Assembly: GCA_963665845.2 (NCBI GenBank)
Contig: OY762492.1
Location: 2,496,001-2,560,000, forward strand
Source: Candidatus Poribacteria bacterium
GTDB lineage: Bacteria > Poribacteria > WGA-4E > GCA-2687025
Direction: 5' to 3'
Length of the DNA stretch: 64,000 bases
Part shown: piece after piece, positions 37,315-46,511 of the stretch
Layout: every line of letters begins with the position of its first letter
How positions within the stretch are numbered: position 1 is the first letter of the stretch
Notes under the pieces: generated by a model
What the model was told of the DNA's origin: nothing
Seen by the model: only the letters and a program-made list of their open reading frames with translations
The model's database searches: none
Made by a program: the position numbers and the translations under genes

Positions 37315-39885
37315 ATGAAACCGTTGCGTTCCTTCCGAAGCGTTTCAAAGTTGCCCGCCCCGCTGGAGCCAATGAGCCGTCTGGCGCGCAATTTCTGGTG
37401 GCGCTGGAGCAGCTCAACGCGGGAGCTTTTTGAAGAGCTGGATCCTGAATTGTGGGAAAAACTGGACGGCAACCCGACCGCCGTTTTGCAGCGTCTCAGC
37501 GCGGAGCGGATGGCGGAGCTGGCGGCGGACGACGCGATCCTGTTCCGCCTTCAGCGCGAGCTGGAGGCGTTTGAGGCGTACTACGGGCGGACGCCGGCTT
37601 TTTTGGAGGAGCCGCTTCCGCTTGCCGCCTATTTCTGCGCCGAGTTCGCTCTGGCGGAGTTTTTCCGCATCTACTCCGGCGGGCTGGGCGTCCTGGCGGG
37701 CGATCATTTAAAAGCATGCAGCGATCTCGGCGCGCCGCTGGTCGGCGTCGGACTGTTTTATCACCGCGGCTACTTTCAACAGCGGCTCACCCCGGACGGA
37801 TGGCAGCTGGAGGCGTACCCGTATAACGACGCGACGCAGCTTCCGATGGAGGAGGCGGTCGATTCCAACGGCGATCCGATCCATATTAGCGTCCAGATTG
37901 ACGGCGAAACGGTCTGGGCGCGCATTTGGAATGTGGATGTCGGACGGACGCGGCTGCTTCTGCTCGATTCGAATATGCAGAGCAATTCGTCCAATTTCCG
38001 CGCCGTTACGGACAGGCTTTACGGCGGGGATGAGAAACGGCGCCTGGCGCAGGAGATCATGCTCGGCATCGGCGGGGCGCGCGCCCTGGAAGCGCTCGGC
38101 ATTCGCCCGGATGTTTTTCATATGAACGAGGGGCATGCGGCTCTCCTGTCCGTTGAGCGGCTGCGTCAGCTGACGGCGCAGGGGGCGTCTCTGCCGGAGG
38201 CGCTGGAACGGGTTCGAGCCGCGAATGTGTTCACAACGCACACGCCTGTTCCGGCGGGCAACCGCGCCTATCCGTCCGCGCTCATGGAAAGCCAACTCAG
38301 CCCGTATCTGAACGAGATCGGCGTCTCCTGGGAAGCGTTTCGGAAGCTGGGGCAATCGACCGACGACCCAGAGAAGTTTGGAATGACCGACCTGGCGCTG
38401 CGCATGTCCAGCTATGCGAACGGCGTGAGTCGGCTGCATGGCGACGTCTCGCGGAAGATGTGGAGCAGGCTATGGGGGACGCTGCCGGACGAGGAGACGC
38501 CGATTGACCATATCACCAACGGGGTTCATCTGCCGACATGGGTCTCTAAGGAGATGGGCGCGCTGTTCGACTCGCGCTTGGGGCCGCGCTGGCGGACGGA
38601 GCCGGCGCATGAGAAGGTGTGGGAAAATGTGGACTCGATTCGCGCGTCGGAGCTGTGGCGGGCGCATGAACGCTGCCGCGAGAGGTTGATCGAGTATGCG
38701 CGGGCGCAGCTTAAAATGCGTCTGCGGGAACGGCATGCGCGCCTTTCAGAGATCGAAGCGGCGAATGAAGCGCTGGACGCCGAAACGCTCACGATCGGGT
38801 TCGCGCGGCGCGCGGCGACGTACAAGCGGCTCTATCTGCTGCTTCAGGACGAGGCGCGTTTGACGGCTCTTTTGACGAACGCCGAACGCCCCGTTCAGCT
38901 GATCATCGCCGGCAAGTCGCACCCGGACGACGGCGGCGGCAAGGAGATCATTCAAAGCGTCGTTCAATTTTCACAAAGCCCAGAGATACTGGGGCGGGTC
39001 GTTTTTCTAGAGAATTACAACATGCGGCTCGGAGAACTGATGGTCGCGGGCGTCGATATCTGGCTCAACACGCCAAGGCGCCCCTATGAAGCGAGCGGAA
39101 CGAGCGGAATGAAAGCCGCCGCAAACGGCGTTCTGAACCTAAGCGTCCTAGACGGATGGTGGGCGGAAGCGTACGAAGAAGCGGCGGAAATGGGGCGGCA
39201 TCTGGCGGGATGGGCGATCGGCGACCCGAGCGCGGACAACCTATCGGACGAAGAGATCGACATCATGGACGCCAACCTTCTCTATGAGACGCTGGAGCGG
39301 GACGCGGTCCCCGTTTTTTACGACCGCGACGAGGCAAACATCCCGCGCGAATGGACGCGCCGAATGAAGCAGTCGATACAGACCTTCGCGCCCCGTTACA
39401 ACATGCGGCGCACGGTGAGAGATTATGTGGAAAAGGCGTACCGCCCCGCGGCGCGGCGCCGAGCGCGTTTAGAGGAAAACAACGCCGCCGCGGCGAAGGA
39501 GCTGGGCGAATGGAAACAGCGCGTCGCGGAGCGGTGGAGCCATGTGAAGCTCCTTCGAACGCAGATCGATGCGCCCGACCCGTTGACCGCAGGCGAGCCG
39601 GCGCCGGCGGAGGTGGAGATGGACCTTGGCGGGCTGCTTCCGTCCGACCTGCGCGTTCAGGCGGTCGCCGGGCGGTTGAGCTTGACCGACATCGCCGCGC
39701 CGATGAGCGAAATGGAGTATTTTGACCTGGAATACAAGCCGGAACGTTCATCGGGGCAAAACGCCGTGTTTGCGGGCGAGCTGCGCGTTTCGTTGAGCGG
39801 GCATGTCGGCGTCACGGCGCGCGCCCTGCCGACCCATCCAAACCTGATGAGCCATGTTGAAACGGGGCTTATTCTTTGGGCTTGA
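37315..39885 (+). CDS. glgP: Alpha-glucan phosphorylase
   Basis: YSGGLGVLAGDHLK, HMNEGH, FTTHTPVPAG, GFARRAATYKR, EASGTSGMKAAANG. Confidence 0.96.
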   Translation: MKPLRSFRSVSKLPAPLEPMSRLARNFWWRWSSSTRELFEELDPELWEKLDGNPTAVLQRLSAERMAELAADDAILFRLQRELEAFEAYYGRTPAFLEEPLPLAAYFCAEFALAEFFRIYSGGLGVLAGDHLKACSDLGAPLVGVGLFYHRGYFQQRLTPDGWQLEAYPYNDATQLPMEEAVDSNGDPIHISVQIDGETVWARIWNVDVGRTRLLLLDSNMQSNSSNFRAVTDRLYGGDEKRRLAQEIMLGIGGARALEALGIRPDVFHMNEGHAALLSVERLRQLTAQGASLPEALERVRAANVFTTHTPVPAGNRAYPSALMESQLSPYLNEIGVSWEAFRKLGQSTDDPEKFGMTDLALRMSSYANGVSRLHGDVSRKMWSRLWGTLPDEETPIDHITNGVHLPTWVSKEMGALFDSRLGPRWRTEPAHEKVWENVDSIRASELWRAHERCRERLIEYARAQLKMRLRERHARLSEIEAANEALDAETLTIGFARRAATYKRLYLLLQDEARLTALLTNAERPVQLIIAGKSHPDDGGGKEIIQSVVQFSQSPEILGRVVFLENYNMRLGELMVAGVDIWLNTPRRPYEASGTSGMKAAANGVLNLSVLDGWWAEAYEEAAEMGRHLAGWAIGDPSADNLSDEEIDIMDANLLYETLERDAVPVFYDRDEANIPREWTRRMKQSIQTFAPRYNMRRTVRDYVEKAYRPAARRRARLEENNAAAAKELGEWKQRVAERWSHVKLLRTQIDAPDPLTAGEPAPAEVEMDLGGLLPSDLRVQAVAGRLSLTDIAAPMSEMEYFDLEYKPERSSGQNAVFAGELRVSLSGHVGVTARALPTHPNLMSHVETGLILWA

Positions 39886-40441
39886 GCCGCCGAACGGACG
39901 GCGGGTCTAACGTCTGAAACAGAATGTCGAGCGGCGGGCGGTCGTCTAGACGAAGCGAAATGCTGTCCTCCACCGCGGCGGTAGAGCCTGAGTAATCGTA
40001 GACGCGCAGCCGCGTCCGCGCGTTCGTCTTCCAAACGAGATCGTCCAGCTGAAACGCCTCATAAAAATCGTCCGATTCGCCGGGGGTGAGATGCGTCGGC
40101 AGGGCGTTCCGGACGAGGCTGGCGAAAATGTCCGCCTCCGGCGCCTGACAGAAGCGGAGCGGTTTCCACGCGCGTCTGTGCCGTATATCCGCTTCGATTT
40201 TGGAGACGGTCGCGTCGCGCTGTTCGCTTTCGTTGTAGACGCGCAGCGACAGGAAAACAAGCGTGCTGCCGCCGCGCGTCAAAAAGCTGTTCGTGCCGTC
40301 CTTGAGCAGTTCGACGCGCAGGGCGACCCTTTCGCGCCGCCCCCTTCGGTTGAAAAGCCTACCCTGCCAGAGGTCGAACGCCCACCGCCCAGCCGCCAGA
40401 ATCAGCGCGACTAGGCTTAAAATGAACGCCGCCAGCGCCAC
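39869..40441 (-). CDS. Hypothetical membrane-anchored protein
   Basis: N-terminal hydrophobic helix; start overlaps the sulfatase-like stop codon. Confidence 0.6.
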   Translation of the reverse strand: MALAAFILSLVALILAAGRWAFDLWQGRLFNRRGRRERVALRVELLKDGTNSFLTRGGSTLVFLSLRVYNESEQRDATVSKIEADIRHRRAWKPLRFCQAPEADIFASLVRNALPTHLTPGESDDFYEAFQLDDLVWKTNARTRLRVYDYSGSTAAVEDSISLRLDDRPPLDILFQTLDPPSVRRLKPKE

Positions 40442-41811
40442 TAGAGTATCTGATTTCTCGGAACCGCCGTCTCCAGACTGCCGATTCTGCGCAGGGTGAT
40501 CTCCTGCTCTTCAGTCGGATCGGGCAGACCCGTCTCGCAGAGCCGCTGGTCGACGAACTCCCGCATCTCCGCCAGAAGCTGCGCGGCAATCTCCGGGCGC
40601 TCGTTGATCAGGTTGTTCAGTTCGCCGGGGTCCGCCTTCAGGTCGTACAGCTCGTTCTCGGACAGGTTATAGACTTCAGGCGTATGCCCCGTCTCTTCGA
40701 TGAATTTCCATCGGTCAGTGCGCCAACCGCGCTTGCGCATCCATGCGTTTTCGGTGATGTAGACGCCTTCATGGACGCCCTCATGGCTGCCGTTCTGGAT
40801 GATCGTTTTGAGCGAGCCGCCTTCCATCCGGGCGTCCGCGGCGGCGTTTTCAAGCCCGCAGAAATCCAGTATGGTCGGCGCGGCGTCTTTGAGCGTCACA
40901 AGCCCGTTCAGGCGCGCTTCGCTTGGGACGCAGCCCGGATGTTTGAAGATGAGCGGAACCCAGATGTTCGTCTCATACATTCCATGATGGTCGTACCAGA
41001 GCTTGTGTTCATCCAGCTCCTCGCCGTGGTCAGCCGTGACGACCAGCAGCGTGTTGTCGGTCAAGCCCGTTTCGTCCAGATATGCCCAGAGCCGCCCCAT
41101 GGTATCGTCCATGTAGGCGATTTCGGCGTCGTAAAGCGCGTTCACATAGTCTCGGTCCGTCCAGAGGCGCGCTTTGGAACGGTCGTCGGGGTCGTTTTCG
41201 TCCGGCTTGAACATCCAGTTCATGAAGTAGTATTTGAACGGCTCGCAGTCGTACACCTCGTCCATGGAGCGGTTGTCGGGGTCGCATTCGTCGCCGCTGT
41301 AAAACATGCGCTCCCACGGTTCCGGCGGCAGGTAGGGCGTGTGCGGATCCCAGTAATGCAGAAAGGCGAAGAACGGCTTGTCCTGACCGCGCGCGGCGTC
41401 CAGAACCTTCAAGGCGGTTTTGTTGACCGCTTCCGCCTTGCGCGCGCCTTTGTATTTCATCGTCCATGAGTAGCCTTCGTACAAATCAAAACCGCGCGAG
41501 AACCAGCGCCCAAGGTTGTCCGCCGCCACGGTGAAATAACCATGCTTCTGCATGATCTGCGCGAGCGTCGGTATGTTCTCGTCCAGGTTTTTCCGTCCGC
41601 CCTGCGCGATGATCTGATGCGTGAAAACATCTTTCCCTGTGAAAAGCGTCGTATGCGCAGGATGCGTCGGGATATGCGGCGAAATGCAGGTTTCAAACAG
41701 CGTTCCGCCCTCGGCGATGCGGTCAAGGTTGGGCGAGGTGCGCCTCTCATACCCGTAGCAGGAGAGGCTTTGCGCCCGCGTCGTGTCGAGCGAGATGAGT
41801 ATGACGTTCAT
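40441..41811 (-). CDS. Sulfatase-like hydrolase/transferase (Thr at the nucleophile position)
   Basis: NVILISLDTTRA, PTHPAHTTLFTG, HYWDPHTPY, YDAEIAYMD, TADHGE, ELYDLKADPGE. Confidence 0.88.
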   Translation of the reverse strand: MNVILISLDTTRAQSLSCYGYERRTSPNLDRIAEGGTLFETCISPHIPTHPAHTTLFTGKDVFTHQIIAQGGRKNLDENIPTLAQIMQKHGYFTVAADNLGRWFSRGFDLYEGYSWTMKYKGARKAEAVNKTALKVLDAARGQDKPFFAFLHYWDPHTPYLPPEPWERMFYSGDECDPDNRSMDEVYDCEPFKYYFMNWMFKPDENDPDDRSKARLWTDRDYVNALYDAEIAYMDDTMGRLWAYLDETGLTDNTLLVVTADHGEELDEHKLWYDHHGMYETNIWVPLIFKHPGCVPSEARLNGLVTLKDAAPTILDFCGLENAAADARMEGGSLKTIIQNGSHEGVHEGVYITENAWMRKRGWRTDRWKFIEETGHTPEVYNLSENELYDLKADPGELNNLINERPEIAAQLLAEMREFVDQRLCETGLPDPTEEQEITLRRIGSLETAVPRNQIL

Positions 41812-41830
41812 TCCGAGATTCCTTTGACGT

Positions 41831-42847
41831 TTATTCCCACGGATGGAGAATGATCTTGGCGCACTGCTTGGAGGCGGAGGTCTCAAACGCTTCCTGTATC
41901 TTGGTCATCGGAAAGCGGTGGCTGATCAGCAGCTCAATCAGATCGGAGCGCTGAACGATGCGCATGATGTCCTGTACGCCGCTCAAGTTGTAATGCCATG
42001 AACCCATGACGGTGAGGCCTTTTCGGATCAGGTCGGGGCTGGCGCGGAGAGAGAGCTGCGCGCCGGACTCTCCGACATAGGCGACTTTCCCGCGCCGGCG
42101 CGTCGCGTCGATGCCTAGACGCTCGGCGTTCACATTGCCGGAGCAGTCGAGCGCGTAGTCGACGCCGACGCCGTTTGTGAGTCCGCGTATCTGGTCGAGT
42201 ATGTCGTCGTTGCGCGGGTCGAGTACCGCTTCGGCGCCCATCTGGGCGGCGCGCGTTTGCCGCCACGGTTCCAGGTCAACGCCGATGACGCGCGCGTTCA
42301 GGAAACGGGCGTTCACAACGGCGCCGAGGCCGACCGGACCCAGTCCGGTGATCAAAACGGTGTCGTACGCCCTCACCCCCATTTTTTTGAATGCCTCGTA
42401 AGAGGGTCCGAGCGCGCAGACCGCCAGCGAACCGTAATCGTACGAAACGTCGTCGGGAATGGGGGACAGGAGCCAAGCGGGTTTTAAAAGGTACTGCGCG
42501 TAGGTGGCTTTTCCTTCAGGTCCGCCGGTGAACTGGTCGAAGTTGTGGCCGTTCTGGCAATGGATGAAGTCGCCCGTGACGCACAGCTGGCATCGTCCGC
42601 ATGGGTACTGCGGCTGAACGACGACGCGGTCGCCGACATTGACGCCGCACGGCTGCGCCACTTCGACCACTTCGCCCGCCGCCTCATGCCCCATATACTG
42701 CGCAGGGCGCCCCCCTAAGAAAGCGCCGTATTCGGTACACATGGGGGTGGAATGGATCTTGACAAGCGCCCAGTCCTTAACAGGCTTCGGATCTGGGACG
42801 TCAATCAGCCCCGCGTTGCGCGGTCCGAGTATCGCAACTTTTTTCAT
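41831..42847 (-). CDS. Zinc-binding alcohol/polyol dehydrogenase (MDR family)
   Basis: GHEAAGEV, CGRCQLC..C, GLGPVG. Confidence 0.92.
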   Translation of the reverse strand: MKKVAILGPRNAGLIDVPDPKPVKDWALVKIHSTPMCTEYGAFLGGRPAQYMGHEAAGEVVEVAQPCGVNVGDRVVVQPQYPCGRCQLCVTGDFIHCQNGHNFDQFTGGPEGKATYAQYLLKPAWLLSPIPDDVSYDYGSLAVCALGPSYEAFKKMGVRAYDTVLITGLGPVGLGAVVNARFLNARVIGVDLEPWRQTRAAQMGAEAVLDPRNDDILDQIRGLTNGVGVDYALDCSGNVNAERLGIDATRRRGKVAYVGESGAQLSLRASPDLIRKGLTVMGSWHYNLSGVQDIMRIVQRSDLIELLISHRFPMTKIQEAFETSASKQCAKIILHPWE

Positions 42848-42927
42848 TAGCGCCCTTTCCATGTTGATGCGGTCGCGTCGGCTGCAACGGCACTATAACA
42901 GAAAATGCGGGGCGGGGGAACTGGCGC
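42799..42927. repeat. 129-bp direct repeat A (dehydrogenase 5' end and upstream DNA); second copy at 47971-48099
   Basis: Identical except for one base. Confidence 0.92.
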
Positions 42928-43038
42928 GGTTTTGTTAAGCGGGGCGGGAATCTAGAAAAGGCGCGTTTCCTGCGCAGATAAGGCTGGAAAGGGAAGGCAT
43001 GCCCCCGCCGGCGCGAGGGCATGAACCTTCCCCGATTG

Positions 43039-44121
43039 TCATTCGCCGTCTTGCGAAGTTGGGCTATTCGGGCTGCTGTCCGCTTTTTTCACCGCTCCCC
43101 ACTGCGCTTTTTTTTTACCGGCTGGATCGACGGAGAGGAAGCGGCTTTTGCCCGCTAAAACCCAGGACCCGAACACGGCGTTCACGCCTTCGGGCGTAAC
43201 GCGAACGATCTCCTTCGTATCCACATTCACCCGCACCACGCGAAAGCCAAATTGTACGTTGTCCGGATTCGTTCCATATAAGAGCCACTTGCTGTCCGGA
43301 GACCAAGCCGTGAGTTCTATCCACCCCTTGACCGGTGTGATCAGCTCTATATTGGAACCGTCCGGATTCATGATAGAAATGCCGCCAAAACCTAGAAGCG
43401 CGATCTTTTTGCTGTCCGGAGACCACACAGGGGAAATTTCAGACGAATCGGGGGTGTTGGTGATGTTTCTCAGACCCGTTCCGTCCGCGTTCATGATGAA
43501 AATGTCGCGTTTGTGAGTGTGGTGGAACGGCTCCTTCACGTTCGTAGAGAATGCGATTTTTCCGTCCGGAGACACGGTTACCTGACTTTCCGACTTGCCC
43601 GCCGTGTTCGTGAGGTTAACCATCTTGCCTGTGGTGATGGTCAGCATATAAATCTCTCTGTGCGGACCATGAGGCGGCAGGAAGGCTCCCCCGACCGCGC
43701 AAACCATCTGCCTGCCCCCGGGCATCCATTGGCTGCTAAGTATTTCGAATTCGCGCCAAAAGTCGAAGCCCATTGTCTGGATGATCCTCTTGTCCATGTT
43801 TATTTCTTCCCCGGTTCTGAGGTTCAGAACATATTTTCCATAGAACTTATCCGGAACGCCGCCGGCGACAGAGACGTATTTGCCGTCCATGCTCCATATC
43901 GGAAGTCCGTATTCTCCCTTCAGCCAGAGCCGGTTGTTTTGACCGTCCCAGTCGATCAGGTACACGCCTCCTTCGGCTGTATAAGAAATGGTCGGCTTTT
44001 CCAGCTTCGTCACATCTTCGAGCGGTTCAAGATCGTTTCCGACAGCGGCGGCGGAGAGCAGAGCGAACAGACCCGCCGCTATGAAAACGGCGCAGCGTTT
44101 TGAAAATTGAGCGGTTGTCAT
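43039..44121 (-). CDS. Secreted TolB-like (PD40) beta-propeller protein, copy 1, with conserved C-terminal motif
   Basis: Signal peptide, WSPD repeats, IFIMNADGTGLRNIT; VDPAGKKKAQWGAVKK. Confidence 0.88.
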   Translation of the reverse strand: MTTAQFSKRCAVFIAAGLFALLSAAAVGNDLEPLEDVTKLEKPTISYTAEGGVYLIDWDGQNNRLWLKGEYGLPIWSMDGKYVSVAGGVPDKFYGKYVLNLRTGEEINMDKRIIQTMGFDFWREFEILSSQWMPGGRQMVCAVGGAFLPPHGPHREIYMLTITTGKMVNLTNTAGKSESQVTVSPDGKIAFSTNVKEPFHHTHKRDIFIMNADGTGLRNITNTPDSSEISPVWSPDSKKIALLGFGGISIMNPDGSNIELITPVKGWIELTAWSPDSKWLLYGTNPDNVQFGFRVVRVNVDTKEIVRVTPEGVNAVFGSWVLAGKSRFLSVDPAGKKKAQWGAVKKADSSPNSPTSQDGE

Positions 44122-44217
44122 GCCGAGCTCCTTTCTGGGAGAGGCGCCGCGGACGCGAATATCCCCGTATGAGCGTACTGCCCTGCGCCCTTCAGCCGCA
44201 AAATCCCCGCCGGCGCG

Positions 44218-45300
44218 TCAGTCGCCGTCTTGCGAAGTTGGACTATTCGGGCTGCTGTCCGCTTCTTTCAACGCTCCCCATTCCGCTTTTTTTTTACCCG
44301 CAGGGTCAACGGAGAGGAAGCGGCTCTTGCCCGCTAAAACCCAGGACCCGAACACGGCGTTCACGCCTTCGGGCGTAACGCGAACGATCTCCTTCGTATC
44401 CACATTCACCCGCACCACGCGAAAGCCAAATTGTACGTTGTCCGGATTCGTTCCATATAAGAGCCACTTGCTGTCCGGAGACCAAGCCGTGAGTTCTATC
44501 CACCCCTTGACCGGTGTGATCAGCTCTATATTGGAACCGTCCGGATTCATGATAGAAATGCCGCCAAAACCTAGAAGCGCGATCTTTTTGCCGTCCGGAG
44601 ACCACACAGGGGAAATTTCAGACGAATCGGGGGTGTTGGTGATGTTTCTCAGACCCGTTCCGTCCGCGTTCATGATGAAAATGTCGCGTTTGTGAGTGTG
44701 GTGGAACGGCTCCTTCACGTTCGTAGAGAATGCGATTTTTCCGTCAGGAGACACGGTTATCTGACTCTCTGATTTGCCCGCTGTATTCGTGATGTTGACC
44801 ATCTTGCCTGTGGTGATGGTCAGCATATAAATCTCTCTGTGCGGACCATGAGGCGGCAGGAAGGCTCCCCCGACCGCGCAAACCATCTGCCTGCCCCCGG
44901 GCATCCATTGGCTGCTAAGTATTTCGAATTCGCGCCAAAAGTCGAAGCCCATTGTCTGGATGATCCTCTTGTCCATGTTTATTTCTTCCCCGGTTCTGAG
45001 GTTCAGAACGTAATCGCCGTAGAACTTGTCCGGGACGCCGCCGGCGACAGAGACGTATTTGCCGTCCATGCTCCATATCGGAAGTCCGTATTCTCCCTTC
45101 AGCCAGAGCCGGTTGTTTTGACCGTCCCAGTCGATCAGGTACACGCCTCCTTCGGCTGTATAAGAAATGGTCGGCTTTTCCAGCTTCGTCACATCTTCGA
45201 GCGGTTCAAGATCGTTTCCGACAGCGGCGGCGGAGAGCAGGGCGAACAGACCCGCCGCTATGAAAACGGCGCAGCGTTTTGAAAATTGAGCGGTTGTCAT
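44218..45300 (-). CDS. Secreted TolB-like protein, copy 2 (1179-bp tandem duplication)
   Basis: Near-identical to copy 1; ends VDPAGKKKAEWGALKE. Confidence 0.88.
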   Translation of the reverse strand: MTTAQFSKRCAVFIAAGLFALLSAAAVGNDLEPLEDVTKLEKPTISYTAEGGVYLIDWDGQNNRLWLKGEYGLPIWSMDGKYVSVAGGVPDKFYGDYVLNLRTGEEINMDKRIIQTMGFDFWREFEILSSQWMPGGRQMVCAVGGAFLPPHGPHREIYMLTITTGKMVNITNTAGKSESQITVSPDGKIAFSTNVKEPFHHTHKRDIFIMNADGTGLRNITNTPDSSEISPVWSPDGKKIALLGFGGISIMNPDGSNIELITPVKGWIELTAWSPDSKWLLYGTNPDNVQFGFRVVRVNVDTKEIVRVTPEGVNAVFGSWVLAGKSRFLSVDPAGKKKAEWGALKEADSSPNSPTSQDGD

Positions 45301-45396
45301 GCCGAGCTCCTTTCTGGGAGAGGCGCCGCGGACGCGAATATCCCCGTATGAGCGTACTGCCCTGCGCCCTTCAGCCGCAAAATCCCCGCCGGCGCG

Positions 45397-46497
45397 TCAT
45401 TCGCCGTCTTGCGAAGTTGGGCTATTCGGGCTGCTGTCCGCTTTTTTCACCGCTCCCCACTGCGCTTTTTTTTTAACCGCTGGATCGACGGAGAGGAAGC
45501 GGCTTTTGCCCGCCATGACCCAGCGCGGGTCGCGCCCCCCATTGACCGTCAGCTGAACAACCTCCTTCGTTTTCACATCAACTCGAAAGACATTCCAAAC
45601 CTCATTTGGCTTCCATTCGCCTGAAAAGTACACAAGCCACCGCCCGTCCGGCGACCAGCAGGGGGCATGATCCCAGTTCGGGCTGGTTGTCATCTGCTCT
45701 ATGTTGGATCCGTCCGCATCCATCACGAAGACGTTGAGATCGGGAAATTCGGTGCCGATGTGCGCCGTGAAGGCGATCTGTTTCCCGTCCGGCGACCATG
45801 CAGCTATCTGGGCGTAATTGGTCGCTCTTTGATGGGGAGGACGGGTGAGGCGGGTCAAGCCGCTTCCGTCCGCGTTGATCGTAAAAATATCCCGCGCGCC
45901 GGTACCTGGATTAGAGTCGAACACTATTATGTCCGCCGTCGGCGACCACGAGGGGGTTTGGCTGATATCTCGCGGCGCTTTTGTCAGATTCGTCAGCCGC
46001 CCCGACGAAATATGCATCTTATAAATATCGGAGTGTGATTTGCCGATCCCCCCAGGCAGCACATAGCCTGAAAAAGCGAGCCAACGGCCGTCGCTAGACC
46101 AGGAGGGGGAGATGAGGCTGTATTCGCCATCGAAACGCTTTGTTATGTTTTCGGATCGATTCGTGGACAGATCAAGCACAAAAGTTGCGTAATTCCATGT
46201 TTCGCGGTCAAAGGCGACGATGGCGGCGCGCTTGCCGTCCGGCGACCACTCAACGCCCCCAGGAAAGCGCGTTCGCCCCCTCTTGTCTTTTATCCAGAGT
46301 CGGTCGTTCTGTCCGTCCCAGTCAATGAGCCGCAACTCGTAATCCAACATAGAATTGTAAACAATCGTTGGTTTGTTAAGCCGCAGAACATTCTCTTTGG
46401 GCTTTGGCAGCTGCGTCTCGGCAGACATCTCGCAGTAGAAGACTGACAACAGCGCGACTGCCAGAACGGCCGTCTTGAAAGCGGCAGCGATTCGCAT
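45397..46497 (-). CDS. Secreted TolB-like protein, divergent paralog
   Basis: AAGGAG RBS, signal peptide, WSPDG repeats; ends VDPAVKKKAQWGAVKK. Confidence 0.88.
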   Translation of the reverse strand: MRIAAAFKTAVLAVALLSVFYCEMSAETQLPKPKENVLRLNKPTIVYNSMLDYELRLIDWDGQNDRLWIKDKRGRTRFPGGVEWSPDGKRAAIVAFDRETWNYATFVLDLSTNRSENITKRFDGEYSLISPSWSSDGRWLAFSGYVLPGGIGKSHSDIYKMHISSGRLTNLTKAPRDISQTPSWSPTADIIVFDSNPGTGARDIFTINADGSGLTRLTRPPHQRATNYAQIAAWSPDGKQIAFTAHIGTEFPDLNVFVMDADGSNIEQMTTSPNWDHAPCWSPDGRWLVYFSGEWKPNEVWNVFRVDVKTKEVVQLTVNGGRDPRWVMAGKSRFLSVDPAVKKKAQWGAVKKADSSPNSPTSQDGE

Positions 46498-46511
46498 TGC
46501 CAACTCCTTTC

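Noticed and set aside
43039-45300. Diversity-generating retroelement template/variable pair
   Set aside because: Differences are not adenine-specific, many are synonymous, and no reverse transcriptase is in the window.
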